This document shows, one piece after another, positions 12,254 through 25,133 of a stretch of 64,000 nucleotides of DNA. Origin of the DNA: Sarea resinae (lineage: Eukaryota); NCBI GenBank assembly GCA_026026165.1, contig JAPEUD010000013.1:310001-374000 (forward strand). The letters are read 5' to 3'. Every line of letters begins with the position of its first letter. Position 1 is the stretch's first letter. A program made the translations under genes and the position numbers. The notes under the pieces are model-generated. The model did not search any database and was not told the DNA's origin. It saw only the letters and a list, made by a program, of their open reading frames with translations.

Positions 12254-13776
12254 TCAAACAATCTTTCCAATTCCGTGCAACCTGAGATACACATCCGTGC
12301 CCCAACCCCAGAGACTCTGCAGGCCAATTCCACCACCAAAATACTCTGCATAGGCCCTTCCCAGGGGAAGTCCGTATCCGAGGCCGGCCAGACTGCTGCC
12401 TTCACCGCCCGATCCAGACAGCGCAGATAGTGCATCAACGCCGCCGCCCGGGGCAGAGCTAGACATTTGCTCCTCGGTAAAGGTGGTAAAGCTGTAGGAC
12501 CATATGTGCTGGAGAAGATGTGGAGGGATCCCACCGCCACGATCGCGAATCCGGATGGTGACGCCGGGAGTCGAGGTATCTAGAGGGTGGATACTAGTCG
12601 CAGATGCCGAAGAAGAGGTCGCGGAGACCCGAGTCTGCATGCCTGAGTCGAGCTGCCGGTACACCATACCTTGCCCTGTACTCTCGCAGGGTCCTTTCCC
12701 ATCCGGCTCCCCTGGGACCGCCGCGATGGTGACTTCAATAGGTTCCATTGCCTCTCCATGGGCAAGGGTGGCACGGAAAGCATTTTTAAGGAGCTCCGTT
12801 ATAATATATTCAAGATGAACAGGCACATGAGCGAAAGTGGTCTCGGGTTGGCCATTGATGACGAGTGAGGGCCGGAGACCATACTTGAGCTCACAGATCT
12901 CACCGACGAACGACTCGCATGTCCTTATCACGTCGGCAGGGCGAAGGGCGGTATCAATCACACCGATATATGAAGCAGGCTCTGCTCTGTCAGGATTCTG
13001 CTGCTGAGAGGAAAAGTGGAGGGCGATATGTTGCTCGGCGATCAATCGGGTCCCTATCCTTGCCCGTAGATGCTCATCCAAAAAGTTCGTTATTTCTGTC
13101 GAGCTAATATACTTTCGGCACTCTCTGAACCCGCGAGCAAGAATTGGTATCGTGTTGGAATGTGTTCGCACGAGCTCCGCCAAGGATTCCGTGAATTTGG
13201 TTTCTTCTTCCGGAGTGCTTATCCGCCGTTCTGTGTAAGGCAATAAGATGGAAAGCGAGTGCAGGTAATTATTGTATATCTTGCTGACATGAGGGTTCGA
13301 TACGATGATAAAGGGAAGATTGCGGAGCGCTTGGATGCGGTGGGCTAGACGGATTGGAAGAAGACTCAAGGTGAAATTGGCCGAGTCTAGGAGGGCAGAA
13401 GGTGTAAGTGGGGGACGGCCATGCCTGTGGGTTTGCAGTGAGCGAGTGAGCAAGTGCCAACACTGGCTGATGATGAAGGGGACGAAGACAAATCCAGCTC
13501 GTACCTCACCAGGTCAGCGAGCGTCAGCGGATGAAGCCGTTTCGCGGCCAAGCGCACCACCTCGTCATCCGCTACATTGGGGGCATCTTTCGGATGGGTC
13601 CACGGATGAGTGGTAGGCGACGAGAGGTGGCTATGTGGATTGACACTCTGAATCTGCGAATATCGCCGCACGCCGCGACTCAACGACCGCGGTGGTTTGT
13701 GTGATGCTTGGGGGCCGAGTAACGAGAGCATTCGACATGAAAGCCCCGCAGATCTATGTCGAGATGGCAACAACAT
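12254..13776 (-). CDS. Mitochondrial pyruvate / branched-chain alpha-ketoacid dehydrogenase kinase (PDK/BCKDK family), 2 exons
   Basis: Arg/Ser-rich presequence. Intron 13504-13425 joins LADLVR|HGRPPL. GHKL motifs ELLKNAFRA, IRDRGGGIP, YSFTT and AGLGYGLPLGRAYAEYFGG. Confidence 0.93.
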
Positions 13777-14660
13777 AGTGCTTGATGGATGAGTGCTTCA
13801 GCCGTGAGGGAGATGGTGAAGAACGAAAACGAACTTCACAGCCCCTTTATGAGCCCGGCAATCACTCTCTGGAGAGATCACTTGAGAGATCAGTATACGT
13901 GAGGCATTTGGGATCCAATGGATGGCCGAGATATCTTGTTCTGAGACCTGGATCCCGAGATTCGAGTCAATAACGATGGCTTAGTCATCCTCGGCTATCT
14001 TCGCCTCCTCGATCCAATGCCAGTAGGGTACTTCGGATGACTTGAGAAGCCCTCCTCTGCGGGTGCTGCTCTTGTAGCAGCGTAGGTAAGTTTAGGTTCT
14101 TACAGGTATCCCTCTCTCCCTCGAGATCTCCATCCCCTAGGCATCTTCACCTCGGTCTGTATTCGATAGACCGAGATCGAGACATCACACGAGTTTGACC
14201 TGGTAGCTATTCTACCTGAGATTCTGTTGCATTGCTATGGAATGACAAGAAAAGAAAAGAAACAAACAAACGAAAATGGCTTCAAGTTGCATTTGATCGA
14301 TCATTTGAACATCACACGTAGAGAGTACTATGTACTAGCTGCCCCCATCGGGTTAGCGTCCTCTCTCTTTTTCTTCCCGCCAGGCCTGCTACTGAAGTAG
14401 GTACAGCCTCCAGGTACTCCTGGGCTAAGGAAGTCTGTCGTCTGTCAATAATATTTGCCTTCCATCTCTCTCCTTCCCTCTCCATCGTCGACGAATGCCT
14501 GCTCCTCCATCTAATCATCCCGTCATCACTCCTTGGGGCACGACCTAGAACCGCCCTTCCTTTCTCTTGTGGATTCGTATCATTAACGGCGCCTTATCAG
14601 TCGCCCATTGTCTTTAATCTTTCCTTTCTTCTTCACCTCATCTCTCCTCGGCCGCATGCA

Positions 14661-17600
14661 ATGCTTGTCCGAGCAGCCCGACGAAAAGTGCAATACGATG
14701 CTTTTCGTCATCTAAGACCGTCCGCTGACCAACTATACCTGCCATGGCTCTGCCCAGCACAGCTCCGATACCAAAGCCAGGCGCGTGCGCCGGCTACGGA
14801 GTTGCGGAGGGACAAGGCCATCAGACGGCCATCGATGGGCGGAAGCAGTCGGAGGAGTCTGGCCACCGCCGCTGCTGAGCGAGAGCCTTACCAGGAGTAT
14901 GTGCCATTCGAAGGGCTCGCCGCGGTGCAGGGCCCTCCATCGAGCCAACCGCAGAGTTGGTACGGACCGCGCAGTATCACGGAGATTCAAGCTTTCGATC
15001 CCTCAAATCCTCTGATCGTTCAGCAGTCGTCTGAAGAATCAACTCGACGATTTCAGACTAGCGACGGTTTTGGTGGAGAATTAGGAGAGATGCATGTCAC
15101 ACTCGAGGCTTGCCTGAAAATTGGTCGGTTGGAAAGGGCAGCGGCGCTCGTGCGCCGGCTGAACAAGATCTATGCGTTGGACGCCCCACAACTCGTCGAT
15201 GCTCACAACCTATACTTGAGGAGCGTGGTCGGTCTTGCAATCACTGCCCGGGATCCGGAGGCGTTGAAGTCGGCCCAGAAGTGGTTTGAAGTAGAGATAA
15301 GGGGGGGAGGTATCGAGCCCGATGCGACGACATATGCTTTGATGGTCAAGGGAGCATTACGGGTTCTTCAGGGTCCGAAAATGGAGCGAACGGTTCGCAG
15401 ATATATGGACATGGCTTCTAGAGCGGAACGTGACGTGGAGGTCTTGAATCTACCAATCTTGGCGGACGCTGAGCTCTATAATGTTCTTCGGGTTCGTGTC
15501 CGTCCATCAACTTTCAAGATGCCCTGCTAACCGCTTCAGATTTGTCCCACGGAGTATTATCCCGCGGAAGAAGAAATTGAGGAGACGGCAGACACTTCGT
15601 CTCTTCTTTACCCACAAGAGACCGGAGACGTACCGGAAGTCCGAGCAATGCAGCAAAAGGGCAGTGGCTTGAAGACTTTGAAAAGATCGCTTTCGTTGTT
15701 CTCCAAAGAGAACGACCTTCCATATCCGACTGAATTGGAGGGTACTCAAGAGGAGCGGGACCGTGCATATGCTTATATGCGTCAGGAGCACTTGGAGGAA
15801 GACGCGGTCACGGCTGCCATCGATCGATGGCGAGACGACGCAAAGAAACTCGCCGACTACGGGGTCCATTCCGCTTTACAGACGAAGAGCGTTGGGGCTT
15901 TGATGTGGGATTGGCATAGTGCACTCCTCAAAGACATGGAGGAAGAGTTACGGTTGATCGAGAAGGCCGAAGAGATGGAGAGCAAGTCAAGGAGCGCGGC
16001 AGATGTGGACCGCTGTACTTATGGGCCGTTTCTTCGTCTTCTTACCCCGGAAAAGTTGGTCGCAACCACCGTCCTGTCTTCCATGTCATTGATTAGCCTA
16101 AGGGGAGTAGGGCTCGGGGTCAAGGTATCTCAGATGATCATGCACGTCGGCAAGGCAATTCAGGATGAAGTCATCGCGGAGTCGATCAAGAATGACAGCG
16201 AGAATGTGATTTGGGGCAACCAATCCTCGGCAAGCAGGCAGCAAAGCAGGCAACAAACACTGTCGAAGTTGATGAAGAAGAAGCGGACGTTTGATTCCTT
16301 GTACAAGTTGACCAGCGCCAAACATCACGGCGAGCAAATGCACTGGCCCACGACGATGAGGGCAAAAATCGGAGCCATCATGGTCTCAAACCTCATACAA
16401 GCAGCGAAGGTCAATGTTCGCCGCAAACATCCCGAGACAGGAAAGACAGTTGTCCAGGTTCAGCCAGCATTCTCTCACTCATACCGATACGATTCTGGGA
16501 AAAGGGTTGGGGTTATTCTCGGAAATACTGCCGTGCTGGAAAAGTTGAAGAAGGAGCCGGTTAGCAGTGCTCTCGCGAAACATTTGCCCATGGTGATCGA
16601 GCCGAAACCGTGGACGGGCATCAGTGAAGGAGGTTTTCTACGCTATCCCGCCATGGTCGTCCGTCTCAAGTCCATGGAGTCTGAGCAAGCTCACTATATG
16701 CGTGCCGCCACCGAAAAAGGCGATATGCAGCAGGTGTACTCTGGTCTCGATGTGCTTGGAAGGACATCCTGGAAGATCAATCGTCCTGTTTTCGATGCTA
16801 TGCTGGAGGCTTGGAACTCTGGAGAGGCGATTGCAGACATTGCCCCGGAAACCCCTGCATTGGAATCGCCGCCGGAGCCGGAGCCATCTGCGGATCCCAG
16901 AGTTCGCCAACGCTGGATGAAACACGTCCGAATGGTTGAGAACGAGAAGGGTGGTCTCCACTCTCAGCGCTGCTTCCAGAACTTCCAGCTTGAAGTGGCA
17001 CGAGCGTACCTCAAAGAGCAAAAGTTCTACTTCCCTCACAACGTCGACTTCCGTGGAAGAGCTTACCCAATTCCTCCCTATCTGAACCACATGGGGGCTG
17101 ATAACTGCCGTGGTCTCTTGATGTTTGGCGACGGCAAGGAGCTTGGCCCGAACGGTCTGAGGTGGCTCAAGGTCCATTTGGCGAATGTCTTTGGCTTCGA
17201 CAAGGCAAGCATCATTGAACGTCGTGATTTCGCCATGGAACATCTGTCCGATATCTACGACTCTGCAAGCAATCCCTTGGGTGGGAAGCGATGGTGGCTG
17301 AAGGCAGAGGATCCCTGGCAATGCCTCGCAGCTTGTATGGAGCTCAAGAACGCGCTCGACTCTCCGGATCCTACTCGTTTTGTGTCTCATCTGCCAATCC
17401 ATCAAGACGGCACTTGCAACGGGCTTCAACACTACGCCGCTCTAGGCGGTGACGAGTGGGGTGCACGTCAAGTCAACCTCGAGCCTGGAGATCGCCCTGC
17501 CGATATCTACACCGCCGTTTCCGAATTGGTCAAGAAAGAGATTTCCGAAGACGCTGCTAAAGGGGACAAGCTAGGCATCATGCTCGACGGAAAGGTCAGT

Positions 17601-19019
17601 CGAAAAGTTGTCAAACAGACGGTTATGACCAACGTTTACGGAGTGACATTCATCGGAGCGAGAGATCAAGTCCGGAAGCAACTAGCCGATCTTTTTCCTG
17701 AATTTCCAGACACGGACGAGATGAACCTTGGGGTTGCTTCGTCGTACATTGCGAAGAAAATCTTCAAGGCGCTGTCGACATCATTTAAGGGGGCGCATGA
17801 TATCCAGTACTGGCTCGGCGAATGTGCAAATCGCGTGACAAAGGCGCTTAGCCCCGAGCAGCTTGACGGCATCGAGAACGGACAGTCCCAGGAGCCGAGC
17901 GTTCTCCATGCCCGATACCGGGCCAAACCGAGCAAGTCGAAGCAGGCCAAAGCTGGTCTCATTGAATTCAAGTCCAGTGTGGTCTGGACGACGCCCTTGA
18001 AGTTGCCTGTGGTGCAGCCCTATCGCACCAGGAAGGCCCGCCTCATCCAGACCAATTTGCAGAAAGTCAGTATCGTCGAGCCGTCCAGCGCGGATCCCGT
18101 CAGTCGCAGGAAGCAGCTTCAGGGGTTCCCCCCGAATTTCATCCACTCGCTGGATGCGTCCCACATGCTTCTGTCCGCTCTCAAATGTGACGAGCTCGGC
18201 CTCAGCTTCGCCGCCGTCCACGACTCGTTCTGGACGCACGCGGCCGACCTCGACGTCATGAACGAAGTCCTTCGCGACGCCTTCATCCGCATGCACAGCG
18301 ATGACATTGTCGGCCGACTGGCTGCTGAATTCGAGGCTCGATACAAGGGTTTCGTGTACCTGGCATCCATCTCGTCGGAAAGTCCGGCCGCGAAGAAGAT
18401 CATGCTTCTACGTCGTCAGCAGCCCGAATCTGGCCGCAATGTTCTGAGTAATGTCAACGAGCTCCTGACGGAGCGCGAGCGGCAACGTCTGCTGGCGTCG
18501 GAGGACGTCGAGGAGCAGCAAAAGGGCCGCGAGATGGTGACGCCGGCGTCGATCTTCGAGGCCGAGGCCAGCGAGTTGGACCTGCTGCCCTCTGAGGAGT
18601 CGGCAGATTCGGGTATTGGCGACGTGCCGAAGCGCGAGACGAAGATTTTATCTGATGACGACGCTCACGTCGAGGACGCTCGGCGCGTCGATACGGTTGG
18701 GGCAGTCCTCGGCGGCGTCGACCCCACGGCTCTGGACGCGAGCGATTTCGCCGCCGATGCTGCGGCCGACGGAGCAGAGGCCCGCCCTTTGACGGCCACG
18801 GCGCAGAAGAAGTCGAGATCGAGTAGCGCCAAGGGCCAAGGCAAAGGCAGCAACAAGGTGCAACTGTGGCTTCCGCTGTCGTTCCCGCCTGTGCCCGAAA
18901 AGGTGTGTTTTTTTTTTCTTTCCCTGCGTCCCTCATGGCCGTGCTTGCTGACTGACTTTTTCGTGTAGGGTTCTTGGGACATTTCCCGTCTGAAGGAGAG
19001 CAAGTATTTCTTCTCCTGA
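14661..19019 (+). CDS. rpo41: Mitochondrial DNA-directed RNA polymerase (T7-like), 3 exons
   Basis: Motifs PHNVDFRGRAYP, HQDGTCNGLQHYAAL, RKVVKQTVMTNVYG, PPNFIHSLDASH, VHDSFWTH and a C-terminal YFFS. Introns 15492-15539 and 18903-18968. Confidence 0.98.
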
Positions 19020-19440
19020 TGCTCTGCACACCACATCGCCTCGGTCGCGTCCGTCACATTGCATCGAGTGGCTCGGTTTTCCAAAACTATGTTTGTATTA
19101 TACCATTTTCTTTTTCCTTTTTCCAACATCCACATAGTATCGCATTGCATCGCATCGCATAGCTAGCGGCATGAGGTGACATCCGTCCGTGGAGTGCGGA
19201 GTGCGGAGTGTGGAGTGTGTATGTTTGCATGTATGTATGTATGAGTATCTCGAGAGCCATCTATGCGCGGCGTTTCCGGTTGGAGGGAGGTTAGACAGAA
19301 AAAAAGAGAAAGACGTATGTGGTGGGTAGGTTGATGATGTAGAGAAGGGGGAGGAGAAGGGGCACGAGGAGAGGAGCTAGCTATCTTCTCTTTTTTTTTG
19401 GTCATCTAAATAGATAAGAGGAAGATGGTTACTTATATAA

Positions 19441-19496
<56 letters not shown>
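19441..19496. repeat. (TAC)18 microsatellite between convergent rpo41 and ALDH
   Basis: Read directly from the sequence. Confidence 0.95.
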
Positions 19497-19602
19497 TTCT
19501 CTCATCTCATCTCATCTTGTTCGATTATCCGATTATTCGATTATTCTCTTGATCATGCACTATCTACATCCCCCTTCTCCCCCTTATCTTTTCTCCATCA
19601 CC

Positions 19603-21109
19603 TCACTTCGGATACTCCTTGAGATGAAACGACTTGAGCTTGACAAACTGGTCGAAGCCAAACCTTGACAGCGTGACGCCCCTCCCGGAATTCTTCCAGC
19701 CCGTCCACGCGAGGTCGGGCGCGGGATAGTCGCAGCGATTGACGAAGACGGTGCCGGCGTCGACCTGGGCGGCCAGCGTCTCCTCGGCGAGGCCGACGTC
19801 GCGCGTCCAGATGCTGGCCGTGAGGCCGAACTCGCTGTCGTTCATGAGGGCGACGGCGTCGGCGTCCGAGGCGGTGCGCATGACGGGGATCACGGGCCCG
19901 AAGGTCTCGGCGCGCATGACCTGCATGGCGTGCGTGACGTCGGTGAGGAGGGTGGGCGGGACGAAGTTGCCGTCGGCGAGAGAAGAAGAAGAAGGGGGGG
20001 AGGTGAAGGTGGGGTTGGCGGGGGTGGCGTCTTTGGCGCCGAGAGCGAGGGCGTCGGCGACGTGGGCGCGGATGGTGGCGGCCGCGCGCTTGGAGACGAC
20101 GGGCCCGAGGTGGGTGTCTGGGGACCAAGGGTCGCCGAGGCGGTAGCCGGCGAGCACGCGCTGGACGGCGGCGACGAAGGCGTCGTGGATGGTGGCGTCG
20201 ACGTAGACGCGCTCGATGCTGCAGCACGACTGGCCCGAGTTGAAGATGGCGCCGTCGACGATCTCCTCGGCCGCCCAGGCCACGTCGACGTCGGCGCGCA
20301 CGTAGGCCGCGTCTTTGCCGCCGAGCTCGAGGCCCACGTGCACGATGCGGTCCGCGGCGGCGCGCTGCACGGCCAGTCCGCCGGCCACGGAGCCCGTGAA
20401 GCAGATTAGTTGGATGTGCGGGGAGCGCACGACGGCCTCGAGCCGCGTCGGCGAGCCGCAGTGGAAGTACTGGCACACGTCTTGCGGGAGCCCGGCTTGC
20501 AGGAGGATCTTGTGGATTTGCTCGGCGATGGTCGGCGTCTGGGGCGACGGCTTGAGGATGACCGAGTTGCCGGCCAGGAGGGCGGGGATCAGGGAGTTGA
20601 CGAGGATGAGATAGGGGTACTGTGTGGGGTTAAGAGTCAGTCAAAACGAAAGGAGGCAGAGAGGGTATAGATGATGGCGGGGTTGGAGTTCGAAAAGGCC
20701 TTACATTCCACGCGAAGAGGATCAGCACCGGCCCCACGGGCACTTTCCTGATGAACCGCTTGAACCCCTTCTCGGGCTCCCCGTCCGTATCGCGGAGGGC
20801 CTCGTCGCTGACCTTGAGGAGATACTCGCCGCGCATGACGGCGGTCGAGACCTCTTTGGCCGCGTAGGCGATCGGCCTCCCCATCTGCTCGGTGATCTCC
20901 CGGGCCAGCTCGTCTTTGCGCTCGGCGATCAGCTGCAGCGCTTTCTTGACGATCTGCTGGCGCTCGGCCAGCGACGTCTGGCGGAACGACTGGAACGCCG
21001 TCGTGGCGGCCTGCGGGATGGTCTCGATCTCGGCGTCGCTGATGCCATTGCGCGTCACGATGGTCTTGTTCGTCGTGGGCGAGATGGTGTTGATGACTTC
21101 GGTCGACAT
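19603..21109 (-). CDS. NAD(P)-dependent aldehyde dehydrogenase, 2 exons
   Basis: Start MSTEVINTISP at ATG 21109. Intron about 20704-20620 joins FAWN|YP. Motifs LKPSPQTP, FTGS, LELGGKD, NSGQSCC (catalytic Cys) and ETFGP. Confidence 0.93.
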
Positions 21110-21544
21110 GGCTGCGGCGTGCGGAAGCGATTTGCCTAGACCAGACGAAAGTGTCGAATAATTGCTTCTGTCGGCAGCGTGAAGAAGGCCGTGAGGTCGT
21201 GTGTTCGTGTTCGCAGTGGCAGCAGCAGCACCAGCAGGATAAAAGAGGATGACGGTCCGATAAGAGTCAAGGCCAAGTACACCGATGTATCGCGGGCGCC
21301 CAGGCTTTGGCGGGGCACATGGTGGGGCAGCTACGAATCTCATGCCATCTACTTGTGGGTACGACTGTCCACGCCGATATCGCATAAACAACTACTAGTG
21401 ATTAATACTCGGGAACTTTTACTCCTTTCAGCATGTCCATTCCAGATCATCTTGAGATGTTAGTACGTAGCTGCCCATTCCTCAGGGGAATCATTCTACA
21501 ATGCTCATTCGAGTACGGAGCACAGAGCAGAACACAAAGCCTCT

Positions 21545-21570
21545 TGAGTGAGTGAGTGAGTGAGTGAGTG
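21545..21570. repeat. (GAGT)n microsatellite
   Basis: Read directly from the sequence. Confidence 0.85.
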
Positions 21571-21875
21571 ATATGCTACAGAGTACCTATGCTATCATAG
21601 CCGTCATCGCCGTCATGCACGGGCATGAAATAGAACCAAAAGAACGCAAACCAAGCCATCAATAGAGAAGCCGCAATGGTAGCGAAAACATAGCACAAAT
21701 CCAAACCGCGAGAGCAGAGAGAGCCCAATCAACTCATCCATCCACGCATCCCCTCGAACGCCATCATCATGAATGGACAAATGGAACCGATTGCGCCCTA
21801 GAAATCCAAAGAGCAAAAGGGCAAAGCAGAACAAAACAGAACAAGACAAGCAGAGTTTCACGACCCACTACTTCG

Positions 21876-24800
21876 TCAACTGGTCCAAATCATCCTCAGC
21901 CACCCCGCGCCCACCGTCGAGCCCATGCCCATCCCCATACCCATTTCTACTCCCGAGTGATTCATACCCGCACCCTTCCCGCCACCACCACTTCCCCACT
22001 CCTCCCATCCGCTCCCCGACACAAACGCCAGCACATCGTCGCCCGAGAACCTCGTCTCAAGACCCTGCAGCCACTCCTCCCGAGACATGGCCACAGCAGC
22101 CGCCTTCTCGGGATATCCCCAAACGTGCTGCTCAGTGCCCTCGGTGGCGGCTAGGGGAGTCAGCTGTTGTTGCTTGAGGGGTGGCAGGGTCTGCATCGCG
22201 GCGGACGTGGGTGGCATGGGGAGCGTCAAGGGACGAGAAGACGAGGAAATGGTGGTGATGCTGGGATGCTGATTGTATGGCGAGTGGGTGGTCGTAGCGA
22301 CCGAAAGGGACGTCGTAGAGGTGCTATGGGCCGAGTTCGAATTAGGCGACATGAATGTTTGAGTGCCTGCTGCGGTAGTAGCAGTTGGGGAGCTATTGGC
22401 CGTGGTCGGCGCCGTGACTGGCGGTGGTGCAGGTCGAGCGTAAGATGTCGTGTTCGTCTCAATGGGATAGCGATCTTGCGGTCGATAAGACGAGCTCGGC
22501 CCCGGGACGGAATAGCCCTCACTTGGTTGGTAAACGTTGTGGCCATTCGACAATAGCATGGAATCCGGATGCTGCCCAGCCGCAGCGGCACTGGCGACGC
22601 TGTTGATAGCGATCCATCTGTCTCTGCGAGCAGCAGCACTATCAATACTATTCTCTCGTGCACCTTCAATGATCTCGCTCTTGACGGCCGTGCTGGCGGC
22701 ATCACTGCCAGAACCCTGATCGGCATCCGAGCCATCTTTTCCGCCTTCTCTGTCGTCCACATCCATGACATCGGGGTCTTCGTCATCCAGCGTACCAAAC
22801 TCACGTAGGGTCATCTCAAGGAGCTTATACTCGGTCGAGCTCGGCGTGGCCTGTTGTGGTTGCCGCCCTGAAGAGTCCGTCTCGGGTTCGGATGGATGCG
22901 AGAGGACCTCGCTTCTCTGTTCGTATTCCTTGCGGACTCTGGCAAAGTGGCAATGTAGTCTCTTGATGGTCCTGAACCAACCATCTGCCATCTTCAACCT
23001 CGAGCGCATCCGGCCTATCATTTCCACTGCACGACGAGTCTCTTGTGCACCGCCATAATTGCGAGCGGACATGGTCGCGTTAGCAGATGGAGATGCTTCA
23101 ATCGATGATGCCGAGCACGAGGACATGTAGCCCTCTGGATCCATATGTGGGAAATTCATGCAGAACTCTCCTAGTACTGCCACGGTGTAGATGGCAAAAC
23201 CAACAATGGGCGTCTCTACCAGCACACCCCAATCTTTGCACACGCGCACCAGGTCCATGATATCCCGTGCAGCCTTGAAGCATTCGTTTGCACTCGACTC
23301 CCACCAGCTCGGCGGTACGTCGTATTCCTCCACAGGATATCGAGGGGAATCGAGAGGTCCTTGCGCTTTGGTGCAGCCCAGAGGTACGAACGGAAGGTAC
23401 TCCCTATGCAGAATGATGACGCAGAGGAAATAAATGGTGTGCATGAGGGTATATGGTGTCGACGTGCGCGATGTGATATGCGCCGAGAGGTTTGCCGGGG
23501 TAAAGGTCAGATGGCGAGGAAGGGCAGCTTGAAAGTCGGCGAGAAGGCTGCGCAGGTGATGAATCGTCGTTTCTCTTTGCCACGGAGGATGACTCTCGGT
23601 ACTATGACGATCAGCATTGTCTTCTTGCTGGACTCTAATCAGACTTACCTCCGTCCCCCATAACACGACCATTTCGCCACTCTACCCCAGATCTCCATAA
23701 TCCTTACGACACGACTCAGCACTCCTTCATCTGCACCAATCTCCCATCTCCCACTCTCCTCTTTCTCGATCGACGTATCTTCCCTACCACTACCACTCCT
23801 TCCATAAGTCGTGTCGGGCGTCGCGGGTCCTCTGCTTCTGTCCGTGCAGAAAAGACTACCTCCTCTCTGATTCTGCGCTTCGGTCGCCCCAAGCTGGTCT
23901 TCCCCGTCGTCACCGAGGTAGCCGGTCCGCACACTTTCACCAAAGAGAAAAGCTCTTTCGCTGCCCGGCAATTGTATCTTGAAATCCTTGACGTTCAATA
24001 TCGCCGGTCGACAGACTCCACCACTGAGAAACCGATCCATCATGAAGCAGCTCCAAAAAGTGCGTCTCCGGACTTCCTGCTCGACAAAGGTCTTTCCGGG
24101 GATCATCTCATCGTATTTCGATCCGACATCGGAGAATGCGGTCTCATTGAGGGAGGGTATGGCACCTAATGTCGATGATTGGGCGAGAGATTCGGGATCG
24201 GGTGTTTGGTCAAATTGGAGGCCCATCGACTGCGCCATTCGTATGGCAATTCCAACATAGATCCAGGCTTTGACGCCCCTGCACATACCCCATTCATGCA
24301 TCCCCAGCATCAGAAGGGCTTGGATGCGCTCCAGGCTGGGACAGGCCAGTGAATCGCCAGAAGGGCCTGCGAGACGTGCCCTGCATGCTGAAGCGTAGAA
24401 TTCCGATGCGACCAGAGGATTCGTAGGACGACGAGACGAAGGTGGGGAGTGATGTGCGGTGAGTCGTGCATGAAAGCGAGCCGTCAGGGACAAAAGAGCG
24501 AGGAGGAGTAGTGGTGATGCCGGTGGTTGAGGACTTGAATGATGGCCATGGGAAAATTCCGGAGGAGTGTTCTGCGCAAACGACGTCTGTCGAAGGGGCC
24601 TGAGAAAGGTCGGAGGATGCAGAAAAGGGAGATCGGTGGAATAGTGTTGTTGGAAGATGTCGAACTAGAAAGCATGAGCGGAATACAATCGTCCACCGCC
24701 CACTGATTAGACGTACCAATTCCGTCCAAACTTTCGGCGTCAGTAGACTGGAATCCAGGGCATCGACAAAAGCTCTGGGGATTTCCTTGTGTGGTCCACT

Positions 24801-25133
24801 CAGAGTTCCATATGTCAAGGTCGCACTCTTTTTGCGCCGATGCCTCTTGGGTGTCTGGGGAACAGATTTGTCAGTTTGTCAATTCGGCCAGCTCCACTCG
24901 GCTGCGAGTGGGCACTTTCAGCAAACACTGACCTCGCCCGATGGGCCATCTTTTCCGGGATAATCAGCGCTGCCTCCGGCGTGATCTCTCTTGACACCGC
25001 TGGTGCCGGCCGGGGCGGGATAAGTACATTCCCTTCCGGACGCCTCGCAAGCTCGACAGGTGGTGTTGATGCCAGCATTGATGCATTTGACCTTACTTCG
25101 TCGGCATCGGGCGCAAGCAATGCTCGAGCGCAT
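21876..25133 (-). CDS. Zn(II)2Cys6 transcription factor with fungal middle-homology domain, 4 exons from the first AUG
   Basis: Zinc cluster CARCRRSKVKC...CRACEASGREC. Middle-homology motifs LPFLHPPTF, IQALLMLGMHEWG, AIRMAQSMGL and RRRTFWSCFMMDR. Introns 24932-24855, 24716-24665 and 23648-23602. Confidence 0.93.

Noticed and set aside
19603..21109. Horizontal transfer of the very GC-rich ALDH
   Set aside because: It has a spliceosomal intron, and the same GC rise affects the adjacent native rpo41 3' end.
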